Below the pieces are notes generated by a model, which worked only from the letters and a program-made list of their open reading frames with translations, did no database searches and had not been told where the DNA came from. Positions 19,774 to 30,275 of a stretch of DNA of 64,000 bases are shown here, piece by piece; position 1 is the first letter of the stretch; each line of letters opens with the position of its first letter. The translations under genes were made by a program, and so were the position numbers. The DNA is from an uncultured Planctomycetota bacterium (GTDB taxonomy: Bacteria; Planctomycetota; Planctomycetia; Pirellulales; Lacipirellulaceae): positions 1,344,001 through 1,408,000 of the forward strand of contig CAVRBU010000002.1 in the NCBI GenBank assembly GCA_963719315.1. Reading direction: 5' to 3'.

Positions 19774-21511
19774 GTGTCCCTGCACTCGCTTGTAGATGCC
19801 CTGACATCCGATACGCTTCAGGTGAGCCTTCCCAGGTTCATTCCGGAGCTGCTCATTTGCGCGACGATCGTCCTCATGCTCCTCATGCGGATTGTTCGTT
19901 TCAGCGCGTGGATCGACCCGTTCTGGGTAGCGCTCGTCGGCATGGCCGCTGCATTCTACTTTGCGATCCCCGAAGGCGGCATCAAAGCACTCGGCTCCGT
20001 TCCCCGACAGGAGCTCTTTACCGGAATGCTGGTCTATGATTCGATGACCGCCTTCTTCCGCATGTTCCTCGTCGCGTTCGCGTTCTTGTTCATCATCCTG
20101 GTGCGGATGACCGGCCTCGCCGACCGGCAGGACGGGCAGGATTTTTACGCGCTCCTGCTCGGAGCCACGCTCGGCATGTGCATCATGGCCTCGGCTAACC
20201 ATCTGATAACGGTCTTCCTGGGCGTCGAGATGGCGAGTGTCCCTTCGTATGTAATGGCCGGAATCCTTAAAGGCCGCCGCCGCGCGAGCGAAGCATCGCT
20301 CAAATACGCCGTCTACGGAGCCGGCGCGGCCGGCGTGATGCTCTACGGCATCAGCTTGTTAGCGGGCCTGACGGGCTCCGCCCATCTGCCAACGATCGCC
20401 GCGAAGCTCGCTTCGATGGATATTCCGGCCATGATCGCCGCCGGCAAAGGTGGCGGAACTCTCATGGTCCTTGTGCTTGCAGGATTGATGATCATGGTCG
20501 GCTTGGCGTTTAAGCTCTCGGCCGTGCCGTTTCACTTCTGGTGTCCAGACGTTTTCGAAGGCGCTTCCGCAGAAGTCGATGCGTTCCTTTCCGTCGCCTC
20601 GAAAGCCGCCGCGATGGCCCTACTGGTCCGCGTCGCCATCGGCATCGGCACCGCGCCGATCGCCGCGCCGCCAAACGCCCGGGTGCCACTGGCTCCGCCA
20701 GTGCTCGCTCAATCTTTCCCCGCCCAAATCGTCGCGTTTCAACAAACTACTACCGGCGAGGCCGCTCCAGCGGCCGTGAAACCAAGCGCCTCAACCGTGT
20801 CCGCCGGCCCCGCCCCTCTCGCGCCCGTTCGCCGCTTCATCGTCCTACTGCTCGCCGTCGTTGCCGCCGTCACTTGCACGTTCGGCAATCTTGCGGCCTA
20901 CGGCCAAACGAACATCAAGCGCATGCTGGCCTATTCCACGATCGCCCATGCCGGTTACATGATCATGGCCGTCGCTGCCGCCGTCCAATTGGCCGGCACA
21001 AACGTCGTCGGCGCTCGCGAAGCCGTCACGGCCCTGCTCTTCTACCTCAGCGTGTACGTCTTCATGAATCTTGGCGCCTTCGCGATCGTCGCGTTCCTCC
21101 GCAACTCGCTCGGAAGCGAAGAGATTGCGGACTACGCCGGCCTCATTCGCAGCGCCGCTCGTTGCCGTGGCGCTCACCGGCATCCTCGTGAGCCTCATCG
21201 GCATTCCTCCACTAGCCGGCTTCATGGGCAAATTCGCGATTTTCCAATCGCTTGTCGTCGCCGGCGGACCTTGGATGATCGGCCTGTTGGTAATCGCCGG
21301 TATCAACACTGCAATCTCGCTGGTGTACTATCTGCGCGTGGCTAAAGTCGTGTGCATCGATCCGGCCCCAGTTGACCGCGGCACCGTAAGCGTCGGATTC
21401 CTACCTGCCTTGTACGTGCTCATCGTCGCCGTACCGGTACTCGTTTATGGGATTATCCCGGCCAGCGTATTCGACATAGCCCGCGACGCCGCGCAACAAT
21501 TAATGATGTAG
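19774..21511 (+). CDS. nuoN: NADH-quinone oxidoreductase subunit N, frameshifted near 21151-21157 as sequenced
   Basis: ORF 19774.. has 'EASLKY', 'FKLSAVPFHFWCPDVFEGA', 'KRMLAYSTIAHAGY'. The C-terminal 'SLIGIPPLAGFMGKF...SLVYYLRV' lies in a different frame that ends at 21511. Confidence 0.93.
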
Positions 21512-21548
21512 AATCTCCTTGTCTCCCCTTCTCCTTGTTTCCCTGTCT

Positions 21549-22019
21549 ATGTCCTCTCCCGAAACGATCGACACCCTGAACCGAGTGCTGGAAATTCTCG
21601 GGCGTTCGTTCCCGCAGTACCTGCGCTGGGCCCGCCCGTACATACCAGCCGGCCGCGAAAACGTGATGCAAACGATCGAAACGATCGTCGCCGGACAAGA
21701 TGAACTCGCCGAACGCGTGAGCCTGCAAGTGTTCGAGTCGGGCGGACTACCGGACCACGGCGAATTTCCGATCGAGTTCACCGATACACACGACCTGAGC
21801 ATCGACTTCCTCGTCGATGAAGCAATCGATTGCATGAAGCAAGATATCATTGAATTGCAAGGCTGCGTCGACGCCCTCCGACTTTCTCCCGCCGCCCAAT
21901 CGCTGGCGTCCGAAGCACTCGGCCTAACGCGGGGCCACCTCGAACTCCTGGAAAAACTCCCGCTCGACCCGGCCGACTCCTCGATCCTCGTCACAAAACC
22001 GGCATTTAACAACAACTAG
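21549..22019 (+). CDS. Conserved hypothetical protein, helical ferritin-like fold suspected
   Basis: Acidic helical ORF directly after nuoN ('ELAERV...FPIEFTDTHDL...HLELLE'). ATG 21549 was chosen because the in-frame extension upstream is only a CTCCTTGT repeat. Confidence 0.6.
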   Translation: MSSPETIDTLNRVLEILGRSFPQYLRWARPYIPAGRENVMQTIETIVAGQDELAERVSLQVFESGGLPDHGEFPIEFTDTHDLSIDFLVDEAIDCMKQDIIELQGCVDALRLSPAAQSLASEALGLTRGHLELLEKLPLDPADSSILVTKPAFNNN

Positions 22020-22158
22020 CCGGCACTCGCGTGCGGCCGACTACGATAGGCCGTCGATATGGCCGAGACAGACGACTCCAATGATCGTCCCGAACCGAGA
22101 GATCAAACCTCACTCAGTACCTCCAAATTTCGAGACTGGCGAGGAAATGAATTACTGA

Positions 22159-22225
22159 GGAACGCTAATTCTCACTAATTTTCACTAATTCCGAATCAGT
22201 GGAATTTAGCGAAGATTAGTGTTCC
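22159..22225. repeat. AT-rich palindromic element of 10-mer units (CTAATTYTCA)
   Basis: GGAACGCTAATTCTCACTAATTTTCACTAATTCC ... GGAATTTAGCGAAGATTAGTGTTCC. Confidence 0.75.
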
Positions 22226-22386
22226 CGTTCTCCTTGTCTGAACTTGGAACTACTGTCACTGGTGTCAGCCGGGATCGTCGTCGCAGTTGTCCACCGATTG
22301 ATGATTTAGCTCAATAGCGAGATCGATTGTTTGCTTTCGCTCCATAACTGCGAATCCTGAGAAAAAGAACTCTCAAGTCCCCCCCG

Positions 22387-23160
22387 ATGCAACTCTTCGA
22401 TACCCACGCCCATCTCGACCAACACGAATTCGAAGACGACCGCGCCGAAGTGATCGCCCGTGCGAAAGAAGCCGGCGTCGAGAACATCGTCGCCATCGGC
22501 ATCTCGGCCGATACGAGTGCAGCAAGCATTGAATTGGCGGAAAAATTCGACGGCGTGTACGCCGCCGTTGGCATGCAGCCCAACTACCTGGCCGAAAGCC
22601 AACCGGGGGATTGGGACCGAGTGATCGCGATGCTGGATCGGCCGCGCGTCGTGGCCATCGGCGAAACGGGCCTCGACCGGCACTGGAATTTCACGCCGTT
22701 CGAAGTGCAGCAGGATTATTTCGACCGCCATCTCCGGCTGTCGCAAGAACGCGATCTGCCGTTCGTTGTTCACATGCGCGATTGCGACGAAGACATCCTC
22801 GTCATGCTCCGTGAAGCACGCATGCGCGGCCCACTCAACGGCGTGATGCACTCGTTCACTGGCGGCCGGGCGATGGCTGATGAATGTCTGGAGATGGGCC
22901 TCTACATCAGCTTTGCCGGTATGGTGACTTTTAAGAAGTCGGCCGAGCTGAGGGCGATCGCCGCCGCCGTGCCCGACGACCGGATCCTCGTCGAAACCGA
23001 TAGCCCGTATCTCACGCCCGAACCAGTTCGCAAGATACAGCGGAACGAGCCGGCCCACGTCCGCCACACGGCCGCCTGCCTGGCCGAGGTCCGCGGCAAA
23101 ACGCTCGCAGCGTTCGCCGACTTAACATCTGCGAACGCCAGGCGATTCTTTCACTTGTAG
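22387..23160 (+). CDS. tatD: TatD family metal-dependent hydrolase/DNase
   Basis: 'FDTHAHL', 'VAIGETGLD', 'VVHMRD', 'GVMHSFTG', 'LVETDSPYL', 'RNEP'. Confidence 0.95.
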   Translation: MQLFDTHAHLDQHEFEDDRAEVIARAKEAGVENIVAIGISADTSAASIELAEKFDGVYAAVGMQPNYLAESQPGDWDRVIAMLDRPRVVAIGETGLDRHWNFTPFEVQQDYFDRHLRLSQERDLPFVVHMRDCDEDILVMLREARMRGPLNGVMHSFTGGRAMADECLEMGLYISFAGMVTFKKSAELRAIAAAVPDDRILVETDSPYLTPEPVRKIQRNEPAHVRHTAACLAEVRGKTLAAFADLTSANARRFFHL

Positions 23161-24164
23161 CCGCGGCCAACGCGGGCGCGCTTCGGAGAATCTCGCCTAC
23201 GTGCAACTACCACAAGATCGGCCGCGTTTGCGCCATTGGCATTGTTGCTATTCGGCTGCGCGCGATTCGCCATCGGCCGCGATGCCGTTCGCATAGGCGC
23301 CGATTGATTTTGCTTCTGGCCGGCATACGACGACCGCATTTGGCTTGCCGGTTGCTGCGGCCGGCCGTTGCTGGCCACCGGCGCTTTGTAAGCGGGGCTA
23401 TGCTTTACGTAAGCCGCTCCGTTCTTAGCCGGAGTGGCTTGAGTGCTGGCGCACCCGCCGTCGCAACCACACGCGCCGTTGGTGCAACCACCATTACAAC
23501 TGCCTCCATTGCATCCACAACCCCCACAACTCGGGCCAACCCACTGGCCGCAGTTATTGCACGGATCATGGCAATACGGCGGATCGTTGTGCCATTCACT
23601 CCAATACACTTCGCCGTTGCAGCCGCCGCAGGGGCAACAGCAGTGGCACACGTCTACAATTTCCCACAGGGCGTGACAAAAGCCGCAATTCTTCAGGCAG
23701 CACTTTCGGGGGCAGCAGGCGGTGCCGCTGCCGCCCCAAGTCGCACAGCCCGAACCGCAGCCACAGCACGGTTCACCGCAACTGGCGCATCCACAGGCCG
23801 GTTCGCAACAGTCTCCACATCCACTCTGGCAATCCCCATCACAGCCTCGGCACGGACACCATGGCGCCTGGCTTTTGCAATCGCAATGGAAACACTGACC
23901 GCCATATTGCCGGCCGTTCGCAAAGCAACCGCTGCCACAACCGCAGGACGGTTCACAGCAATCACCACAGCCGCCAGCCGGCTCACAGCAATTATCACAA
24001 CCGCACGATTGTTCGCAGCAGCCGCTGCAATTGCCGCGCGGTCCGCATCCGCAATTGTGCTGACCGCAGCAATCGAAACCGAACAGGCCCAAAATGCTGG
24101 CCTGCGACGGCGAAGTCGCAAACGAAATCGCGGCAAGTACCGCGACAGTAATCAGATTTCGCAT
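23151..24164 (-). CDS. Secreted Cys/Gly-rich planctomycete-type protein; the true end may be TAG at 23207 if one frameshift is corrected
   Basis: Signal peptide MRNLITVAVLAAISFATSPSQA, about 57 Cys by hand count, repeated CCEPxCGC units and a non-repetitive core 'GEVYWSEWHNDPPYCHDPC'. Confidence 0.8.
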   Translation of the reverse strand: MRNLITVAVLAAISFATSPSQASILGLFGFDCCGQHNCGCGPRGNCSGCCEQSCGCDNCCEPAGGCGDCCEPSCGCGSGCFANGRQYGGQCFHCDCKSQAPWCPCRGCDGDCQSGCGDCCEPACGCASCGEPCCGCGSGCATWGGSGTACCPRKCCLKNCGFCHALWEIVDVCHCCCPCGGCNGEVYWSEWHNDPPYCHDPCNNCGQWVGPSCGGCGCNGGSCNGGCTNGACGCDGGCASTQATPAKNGAAYVKHSPAYKAPVASNGRPQQPASQMRSSYAGQKQNQSAPMRTASRPMANRAQPNSNNANGANAADLVVVARRRDSPKRARVGRGYK

Positions 24165-24442
24165 CTCTCGTTTTCCTCGGCATTACGCGCAAGGGCAACG
24201 GGGGTGCGACGCCAGCGGCCCCCAAGAAAAGTGCTCCCCCCGAAGCTTCCTATGCGACGTGCAGCGCATTGAAATTGGGCCGTGCGGCGCTGGTATCATC
24301 GTCGGGCAGACTCGCCACCCGTGAGAAAAACCGCTACAATCGCTTGGGTTTGTGGCCCGAAGCGGCTGCTAGCGATGACGCCACCAGCCCGTGGGACAGA
24401 CATGCTTGTCTGCCTCGCGCCCATGATTTCCCGCTCCACGAA

Positions 24443-24694
24443 TTACTGTGTCGGCGGGCTCTGCTCGGCCGGTTCCGGCGGGGCAGGAATTGGGTCCCGA
24501 ACCTTGGAAACGGTCGGCTGCGAACAACTGTTCGCACAATAGCTGCAACTAACACAGCTAGCATGGTCATTCGCCCAATCGGCCACAAAACAATGCCGAT
24601 CGATAAACGAAAACAAACCCGTCGGCCCGCGACAACCACACAGGCTCGCGCTCAACAGCAATGCCAGCGTCGCAAATTTGATTCGCTTATCCAT
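24443..24694 (-). CDS. Small Cys-containing putative lipoprotein
   Basis: MDKRIKFATLALLLSASLCG-C lipobox-like signal, a CxxCxxCxxxC cluster and a Pro-rich tail; co-oriented upstream of the Cys-rich gene. Confidence 0.55.
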   Translation of the reverse strand: MDKRIKFATLALLLSASLCGCRGPTGLFSFIDRHCFVADWANDHASCVSCSYCANSCSQPTVSKVRDPIPAPPEPAEQSPPTQ

Positions 24695-24860
24695 GCCAGA
24701 TTTCGGCAACGCGTTGAAAAGTGCCCGCAGGCCGTCGACCAACGCCTATCATCGTCGCTTCGCATGGAATTGAGTTAGAAAAACTCCACGCCGCTGTCAC
24801 TGCCTTTTACCATTTGTTTTCAGACGACAATCAACTAACAAAGAGCTACTAACAACCGCC

Positions 24861-25925
24861 ATGGATCGCTCCGCCAAAAAGTTCTTCAAAGACATCCTCG
24901 AAACGCCCAGCCCCTCCGGCTACGAACAGCCCGTGCAGCAAATCGTCCGGCAGTACGTCGCTGATTTCGCCGACGAAGTCCGCACCGATCTGCACGGCAA
25001 CGTCATCGCCAGTTGCAACCTGGATGCGCCGCTCCGCGTCATGTACGCCGGCCATGCCGACCAGATCGGCCTCATCGTGTCGCACATCAACGAGAACGGT
25101 TATATCTACACGAACACAATCGGCGGCTGGGACCCGCAGCAACTCATCGGCCAGCGGATGACAATCTACACCGACTCCGGCGCGGTGCCGGCCGTCATCG
25201 CCCGCAAAGCCATTCATTTGCTGGATGAGGAGGAGCGAAAAAAAGTTGTGAAGACCAAGGAGCTCTGGCTCGACATCGGCGCCAAAGACAGGGACGAGGC
25301 TGCAAAGGCTGTGGCGATTGGCGACCCGGTAACGCTCGAACTCGGCTATCAGGAGATGCGCAACAATTTGGCGAATTCGCCCGGCATGGACGACAAAACC
25401 GGCCTGTGGGTCGCCGTCGAAGCGCTCCGCCGCGCGAAAAAACGTGGTGGCCTGAAAGTAGCACTCTATGCCGCCGCCACCGTGCAGGAGGAAATCGGCC
25501 TTCGCGGCGCTGTCACCAGCGCGTACGGTATTCACCCGCACGTCGGCATTGCAATCGATGTCACGCACGCCACCGATTGCCCCACGATCGACAAAACGCA
25601 AGAGGGGGACATCAAGCTCGGCGGCGGCCCCGTTGTGTATCGCGGCCCGAATATGAATCCGCATGTCGTCGATCGCCTTCGCAGCGCTGCCGAAACGGCC
25701 AGTATTCCGATTCAATGGGGCGCGAGCGGCCGCGGCACTGGTACCGATGCCAACGCCATCCAACTCGCCCGCGGAGGCGTGGCGGCCGGCCTCATCAGTT
25801 TGCCAAACCGCTACATGCACAGCGCGGTCGAAATGATCTCGCTCGACGACATCGACCAGGCAGCCGATCTGCTGGCGGAATTCGCCCTTGGAATCGAATC
25901 CGATGCTGACTTCACGCCGCGATAG
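24861..25925 (+). CDS. M42 family metallopeptidase (aminopeptidase)
   Basis: 'PSPSGYE', 'AGHADQIG', 'IGGWD', 'MDDK', 'TVQEEIGLRGA', 'IAIDVTHA', 'GTDA', 'RYMHS'. Confidence 0.93.
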   Translation: MDRSAKKFFKDILETPSPSGYEQPVQQIVRQYVADFADEVRTDLHGNVIASCNLDAPLRVMYAGHADQIGLIVSHINENGYIYTNTIGGWDPQQLIGQRMTIYTDSGAVPAVIARKAIHLLDEEERKKVVKTKELWLDIGAKDRDEAAKAVAIGDPVTLELGYQEMRNNLANSPGMDDKTGLWVAVEALRRAKKRGGLKVALYAAATVQEEIGLRGAVTSAYGIHPHVGIAIDVTHATDCPTIDKTQEGDIKLGGGPVVYRGPNMNPHVVDRLRSAAETASIPIQWGASGRGTGTDANAIQLARGGVAAGLISLPNRYMHSAVEMISLDDIDQAADLLAEFALGIESDADFTPR

Positions 25926-26052
25926 ACCGGCGGACGGCCTTATTGATTTATTGACGCAGTTAAGCTAATTCCGCGTGCGCGGCTCAAGCAAAGAGCCAAC
26001 GCGAAATTCCGACGACGACCGAACCTGCGACGCGTCGGACTTTGAAGGACGA

Positions 26053-26583
26053 CTACTTCGCCTTGGGCACCTCCCATTTGGGCGCTTCGAGCACTTTGCC
26101 ATCGGCGTTGACGCAAATCTCCGTGCTCATTTCGCCCTTCTTCAATACGACCGCATAGTGAATCTCGGGCTTGGCCAGCTTCACGACTTTGCCGTCCTTG
26201 GTTTCATAGCGGACGGATATTTTTTCTGTCCGGCCCATGGTCGCGCCCTCGGCTGCGTCGTGGATTGGCTTCATTGCCTCCTTCGGTACGCTCTTTGTTG
26301 TAATGACGAGCGTGCGCTCCAGCATCGTGCCGTCGGCCGCGATGTCGGCCTCCTTCTCCCGCTTGCCGTCGCGGAATTCGAAGTCGTAAACCATCACGCC
26401 ACCCTCCTCTTCCACCTCCAAGCTGTCGATCCTGGCATTGGGAAATTTCGTATCAAAGGTTTTTTTCACTGGGGCCGGGAGGTCTTGCGGTTTGATTTGC
26501 TTTTGGGCGTTCAAAGTCGCCGAACTAACCGCGATCCCGCAGATCGCAACAGCCGATGCCAACATTCGTCGGACGCTACTCAT
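26053..26583 (-). CDS. Exported PepSY-like (BLIP-like) domain protein
   Basis: Signal peptide; two repeats of 'LPxxVxxxx...YxxEFxxGK..E..I.ADG.xLE'. Confidence 0.75.
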   Translation of the reverse strand: MSSVRRMLASAVAICGIAVSSATLNAQKQIKPQDLPAPVKKTFDTKFPNARIDSLEVEEEGGVMVYDFEFRDGKREKEADIAADGTMLERTLVITTKSVPKEAMKPIHDAAEGATMGRTEKISVRYETKDGKVVKLAKPEIHYAVVLKKGEMSTEICVNADGKVLEAPKWEVPKAK

Positions 26584-26791
26584 GATTAGATCCCCTTTCT
26601 TGAAAAGCTTGGTCCATCCGCTGCCTGCTTCGGATTCCTTTGAGCAACCAGACTCACACCGGTGGCAACCGCCCAATTCTAGGGAGCGCTAGCCGGAAAC
26701 TCCAGCAGCGGAGCCATACAGGCTGAACTCGCGATTTTCGCTGTCGCCAAGCGCGCGTCAACAACCGCTAGCGAGGCCCGATTTTGGAGGC

Positions 26792-27199
26792 ATGTATATG
26801 GGTCGATGCGGTTGCAGGCTCGTTGCCGTGCTAGGTATCATCCTGGCGTGGCCTGGCGGCGTTTTTGTGGGTCAACTCAAAGAACAATCGCCGAACGAGC
26901 CTCCGGCGCTGGAACATACTCCCAACACGCAGCTCAACGCGGCGCCTTCCCCGTCGGCTCCAAAAGAAAAACTGGCTCGCGTGTTGGCCAACGAGCCACC
27001 ACTCGTGCGTTTGGCGCGCGACAAGTTCGGCGCCGAGGTCACCGAAACGGACGCCAAGTTTTTCGCCGCCATCGCCGCCAACTATTGGGCCGATCTGCGT
27101 CCGACAACCGAGACGAAGTTCGACCCGGAAAAGCCATCGTCCCGGATCGAGAACCCTACCCTCCTTGCCGCCGCCGTCACCGTCATCGTCCAGAGCTAG
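26792..27199 (+). CDS. Hypothetical membrane-anchored/exported protein, possibly a truncated remnant
   Basis: GGAG RBS, hydrophobic N-terminus, Pro-rich linker; no recognisable domain. Confidence 0.4.
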   Translation: MYMGRCGCRLVAVLGIILAWPGGVFVGQLKEQSPNEPPALEHTPNTQLNAAPSPSAPKEKLARVLANEPPLVRLARDKFGAEVTETDAKFFAAIAANYWADLRPTTETKFDPEKPSSRIENPTLLAAAVTVIVQS

Positions 27200-27269
27200 T
27201 ATAAGCCGGTTCGCTCCGCGAACCGAATTTCCTCTCGCGGAGCGACAGGGCTACACTTAAACTAGACGC

Positions 27270-28352
27270 ATGCTGCCGATCTGCTCACTCCGTTGCTCGA
27301 TAATTCTCATAGCCTTCGCGTTGCCGTCCATCCTTCCGGCTGCCGACACTCCACCCGCAGTGCCCTCCGATTCCCCGCATCGAAAACCTCGCCCCAAACC
27401 AACCACGCCCCACGAACGCGCCGTCGCGCGCCGCGCTGCCCAAGATAGCGCCGCCAAGACCAAGCACGAAGAAGAACGCACCAAATGGCTCGCAAAATTG
27501 AAAGAACGCAACGTCGAGCCCTGGCCCGAGGATGAGTCTGACGAGGTGCACGCGAATGCTCTCGCCAAATCCCGCGAGATGGCGAACGAAGTCGTCTCCC
27601 TCTTTCCCGGCACACAATTGTACGAGACCGAGCATTTTCTCTTCGTTTCGAACATTCCACCTCAGCAAGTTGGCCCATACATCACATCGCTCGACCGCAT
27701 GTACGACTGGATGTGCCGACTGTACGGAGTGCCGCGCGACCACAAGGTCTGGCTCGGCCGCAAGGCGCCCATCTTTGCGTTTCTTCAGCACGATCAATTC
27801 GACGCCTTTGAAGAACGCTTTTATCCCGAAGCCCGCGAATCGCTCCATTCGCTCTCCAACATTTACGGTCTGTGCCACATGAAGCCCAGTGGTGAGGTCG
27901 TCATCTCCTGCTTCCGCGGCAACGACCCGAATGACTTCGCCCAAATGCTCGTCCATGAAACGAGCCACGGTTTTATACATCGCTACAAAACCAAAGCCCG
28001 ACTGCCGAACTGGGTCGACGAAGGCATGGCCGACTTGATCGGCGCTGAAATGGTACCAGCCAGCATGGCCGTGAAGAATCACGAGTATAGAGCCATCCTG
28101 CAACTCGCCCAACAGCCATCGTTCGGCGGCATGTTCACGGCCGAACGGATCGAAGCCGTCCACTACGGCATGGCAAGCAACCTCAATCGCTTCCTTCTCC
28201 AGAGTAATCGCGAAAAATACGTCCGCTTCATCGAGGTCTTGAAAGAGGGCCAAAAGTGGGAAGACGCCCTCCGCGAAGCTTACCAGAGCACGCCCGACGA
28301 ACTGCTCTCCGCGTATGGCCGCTGGATCAACGTGGCCGATCTGCGGCCATAG
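27270..28352 (+). CDS. Exported gluzincin-type metallopeptidase-like protein (peptidase MA-like/DUF1570-like)
   Basis: Signal peptide, 'LVHETSHGF' (HExxH) and downstream 'WVDEGMAD' third-ligand motif. Confidence 0.75.
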   Translation: MLPICSLRCSIILIAFALPSILPAADTPPAVPSDSPHRKPRPKPTTPHERAVARRAAQDSAAKTKHEEERTKWLAKLKERNVEPWPEDESDEVHANALAKSREMANEVVSLFPGTQLYETEHFLFVSNIPPQQVGPYITSLDRMYDWMCRLYGVPRDHKVWLGRKAPIFAFLQHDQFDAFEERFYPEARESLHSLSNIYGLCHMKPSGEVVISCFRGNDPNDFAQMLVHETSHGFIHRYKTKARLPNWVDEGMADLIGAEMVPASMAVKNHEYRAILQLAQQPSFGGMFTAERIEAVHYGMASNLNRFLLQSNREKYVRFIEVLKEGQKWEDALREAYQSTPDELLSAYGRWINVADLRP

Positions 28353-28466
28353 CCTCTAGGGGGCATGAATGCGGATAGGGGCCACAATTCCGCCCCGTTC
28401 CTATCTCCCCTCGCGGCGACTCGCCCGCCGCATATAATCCATCAATCCAATAAGAAAGCGATTCGC

Positions 28467-28483
28467 TCGGCACAAGCCTTGCA
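28467..28483 (+). promoter_or_regulatory. Putative sigma54 (-24/-12) promoter for the gshB-like gene
   Basis: TCGGCAC-AAGCC-TTGCA matches TGGCAC-N5-TTGCW with exact GG-N10-GC spacing, about 85 bp before the ATG. Confidence 0.65.
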
Positions 28484-28566
28484 CTTCATTGGAGATCCGA
28501 GTGGCACGCCTCAGGGCTTTTGCACCGGCCACATTCCGCTGACAACTGACGACTGAAAACTTCCCC

Positions 28567-29613
28567 ATGAAACTCGCCTTCGTCGTCAATGACGTCCAAA
28601 CTGAACTGGCCACGTACACCACGACGCGGCTCGCAATGGCGGCCACGAACAAGGGCCATAAGTGCTACACGTTCGGCGTCGGCGATTTCATTTGCGCCGC
28701 CGATGGCTCGCTTCACGCCCTGGCCCGCCGCGTGCGCGGAAAGAGCTACAAATCGCTCGACAAATTCCTCGCCGACCTGCAATCCGATGAGCACGATCCC
28801 GAACAAGTGAACCTTGACGAATTCGATGTCGTCATGCTCCGCAACGACCCCTCGACCGATGCGGCTGAGCGGCCTTGGGCCCAATCATCGGGCATCCTTT
28901 TCGGCCAACTCGTCGCCAACCGCGGCGTCATGGTCCTTAACGATCCGGAGACACTCGCCCGCGCAATCAACAAAACCTACTTTCAGCAATTCCCAGAAGA
29001 GGTGCGCCCGAAAACGTGCATCAGCCGCTCGGTTGAAGAAATCAAGCGATTCATCGAAGAGCAAGGCGACAAGGTCGTCCTAAAACCGCTCCAAGGCTCT
29101 GGCGGCAAGAACGTGTTCCTGGTCGGCGAAAAGGAACGGGCGAACCTCAACCAGATGATCGACGCGGTGCTGCGCGACGGCTACTGCGTCGTGCAGGAAT
29201 ACCTGCCGGCCGCCGCCAAAGGCGACGTCCGACTGTTCGTCATGAACGGCCGGCCGCTCGCGCGCGATGGAAAGTACGCCGCCTTCCGCCGCATCAACAA
29301 ATCGGGAGACGCCCGCAGCAATATGCACACCGGCGGCGAGAGCGAGCCGGTCGACGTCACCGACAAAATGCTTCGAATAGTGGAAATCGTCCGCCCGAAG
29401 CTCGTCAGCGACGGCATGTTCCTGGTCGGACTGGATATCGTGGCCGACAAATTAATTGAGATAAACGTCTTCAGCCCCGGCGGCCTCGGCAGCAGCAGCC
29501 AATTCGCTGGCATCGACTTCGCCCAGGTCGTCATCGAAGACCTGGAACGCAAGATTGAGTACCGCAAATACTACGACGGCCGCATGCGAAACCAAGAACT
29601 GGCAACACTCTGA
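28567..29613 (+). CDS. gshB: Glutathione synthetase-like ATP-grasp ligase
   Basis: 'DVVMLRNDP', 'VLKPLQGSGGKNVF', 'VVQEYLP...GDVRL', 'RSNMHTGG', 'LVGLDI...EINVFSP'. Confidence 0.85.
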   Translation: MKLAFVVNDVQTELATYTTTRLAMAATNKGHKCYTFGVGDFICAADGSLHALARRVRGKSYKSLDKFLADLQSDEHDPEQVNLDEFDVVMLRNDPSTDAAERPWAQSSGILFGQLVANRGVMVLNDPETLARAINKTYFQQFPEEVRPKTCISRSVEEIKRFIEEQGDKVVLKPLQGSGGKNVFLVGEKERANLNQMIDAVLRDGYCVVQEYLPAAAKGDVRLFVMNGRPLARDGKYAAFRRINKSGDARSNMHTGGESEPVDVTDKMLRIVEIVRPKLVSDGMFLVGLDIVADKLIEINVFSPGGLGSSSQFAGIDFAQVVIEDLERKIEYRKYYDGRMRNQELATL

Positions 29614-29619
29614 ACCCGG

Positions 29620-30264
29620 TTAGCGCTTTGGCACAATCCGTGGTGTCACTTGCGGAATCTCTTGGCCTTTGGATTCCGCCGCGCGCATGGCTCGTAGGAC
29701 GTTGAGCACTAGATCTGTCTTCGCTCGGTCGCCGTGCGACTTGCTGATTTTGGCAAAGTGTACTTTTCGGTGGGTGTCTAACACAAAGGTCGATGGATAC
29801 GCCGTTTCTCGCGGCATGTCCCAACGTAACCCGTGTAATGCAATGAACTTGTAATCCGGGTCCGTCACCAAAACGAGCGGTGCCGGCAATTTCAAATCTT
29901 TCAGAAACTCCTTGGCACGATCGGTAAGCTTGTCCGCCGCGCCCGGATACACGAGAACGACCGTCGCACCCAGTTGGTTGAAATCCTTAGCATGCTTCCG
30001 CAAATCGGCCACCTGCTTGCTGCAGATAGGGCACTGATAACCGGGGTAGCCGCGGAGGACTACGAGCACGACGGGCCCTTTGGCCGCCGTATCGGCGAGA
30101 TCGAGAACCTTGCCGTCGATCGTATAAAACTCGAATTCCTCGATCGCGTCGCCAATCTTCGGAACGTGCTCACCGTCGGCCTCGCTGGCCCAGAGTTTGC
30201 CACTCAAACAAACCGCTATCGCAAGGCCACTTGCGATACACAAAGACGCTCGTCGATTCGACAT
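29620..30264 (-). CDS. Exported peroxiredoxin-like AhpC/TSA (redoxin) family protein
   Basis: Signal peptide, 'GPVVLVVLRGYPGYQCPIC', 'LVTDPD', 'AYPSTFVLD'. Confidence 0.85.
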   Translation of the reverse strand: MSNRRASLCIASGLAIAVCLSGKLWASEADGEHVPKIGDAIEEFEFYTIDGKVLDLADTAAKGPVVLVVLRGYPGYQCPICSKQVADLRKHAKDFNQLGATVVLVYPGAADKLTDRAKEFLKDLKLPAPLVLVTDPDYKFIALHGLRWDMPRETAYPSTFVLDTHRKVHFAKISKSHGDRAKTDLVLNVLRAMRAAESKGQEIPQVTPRIVPKR

Positions 30265-30275
30265 GTAAACACCCT

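Noticed and set aside
23304..24272. 322-aa plus-strand Ala/Thr-rich ORF
   Set aside because: It is the antisense reading of the TGC/GGC-rich Cys-Gly gene, which has the signal peptide and RBS.
29629..29645. TTGGCACAATCCGTGG as a sigma54 promoter (also TCGGCACAATCCGCA near 39610)
   Set aside because: Lacks GC at the obligatory -12 spacing.
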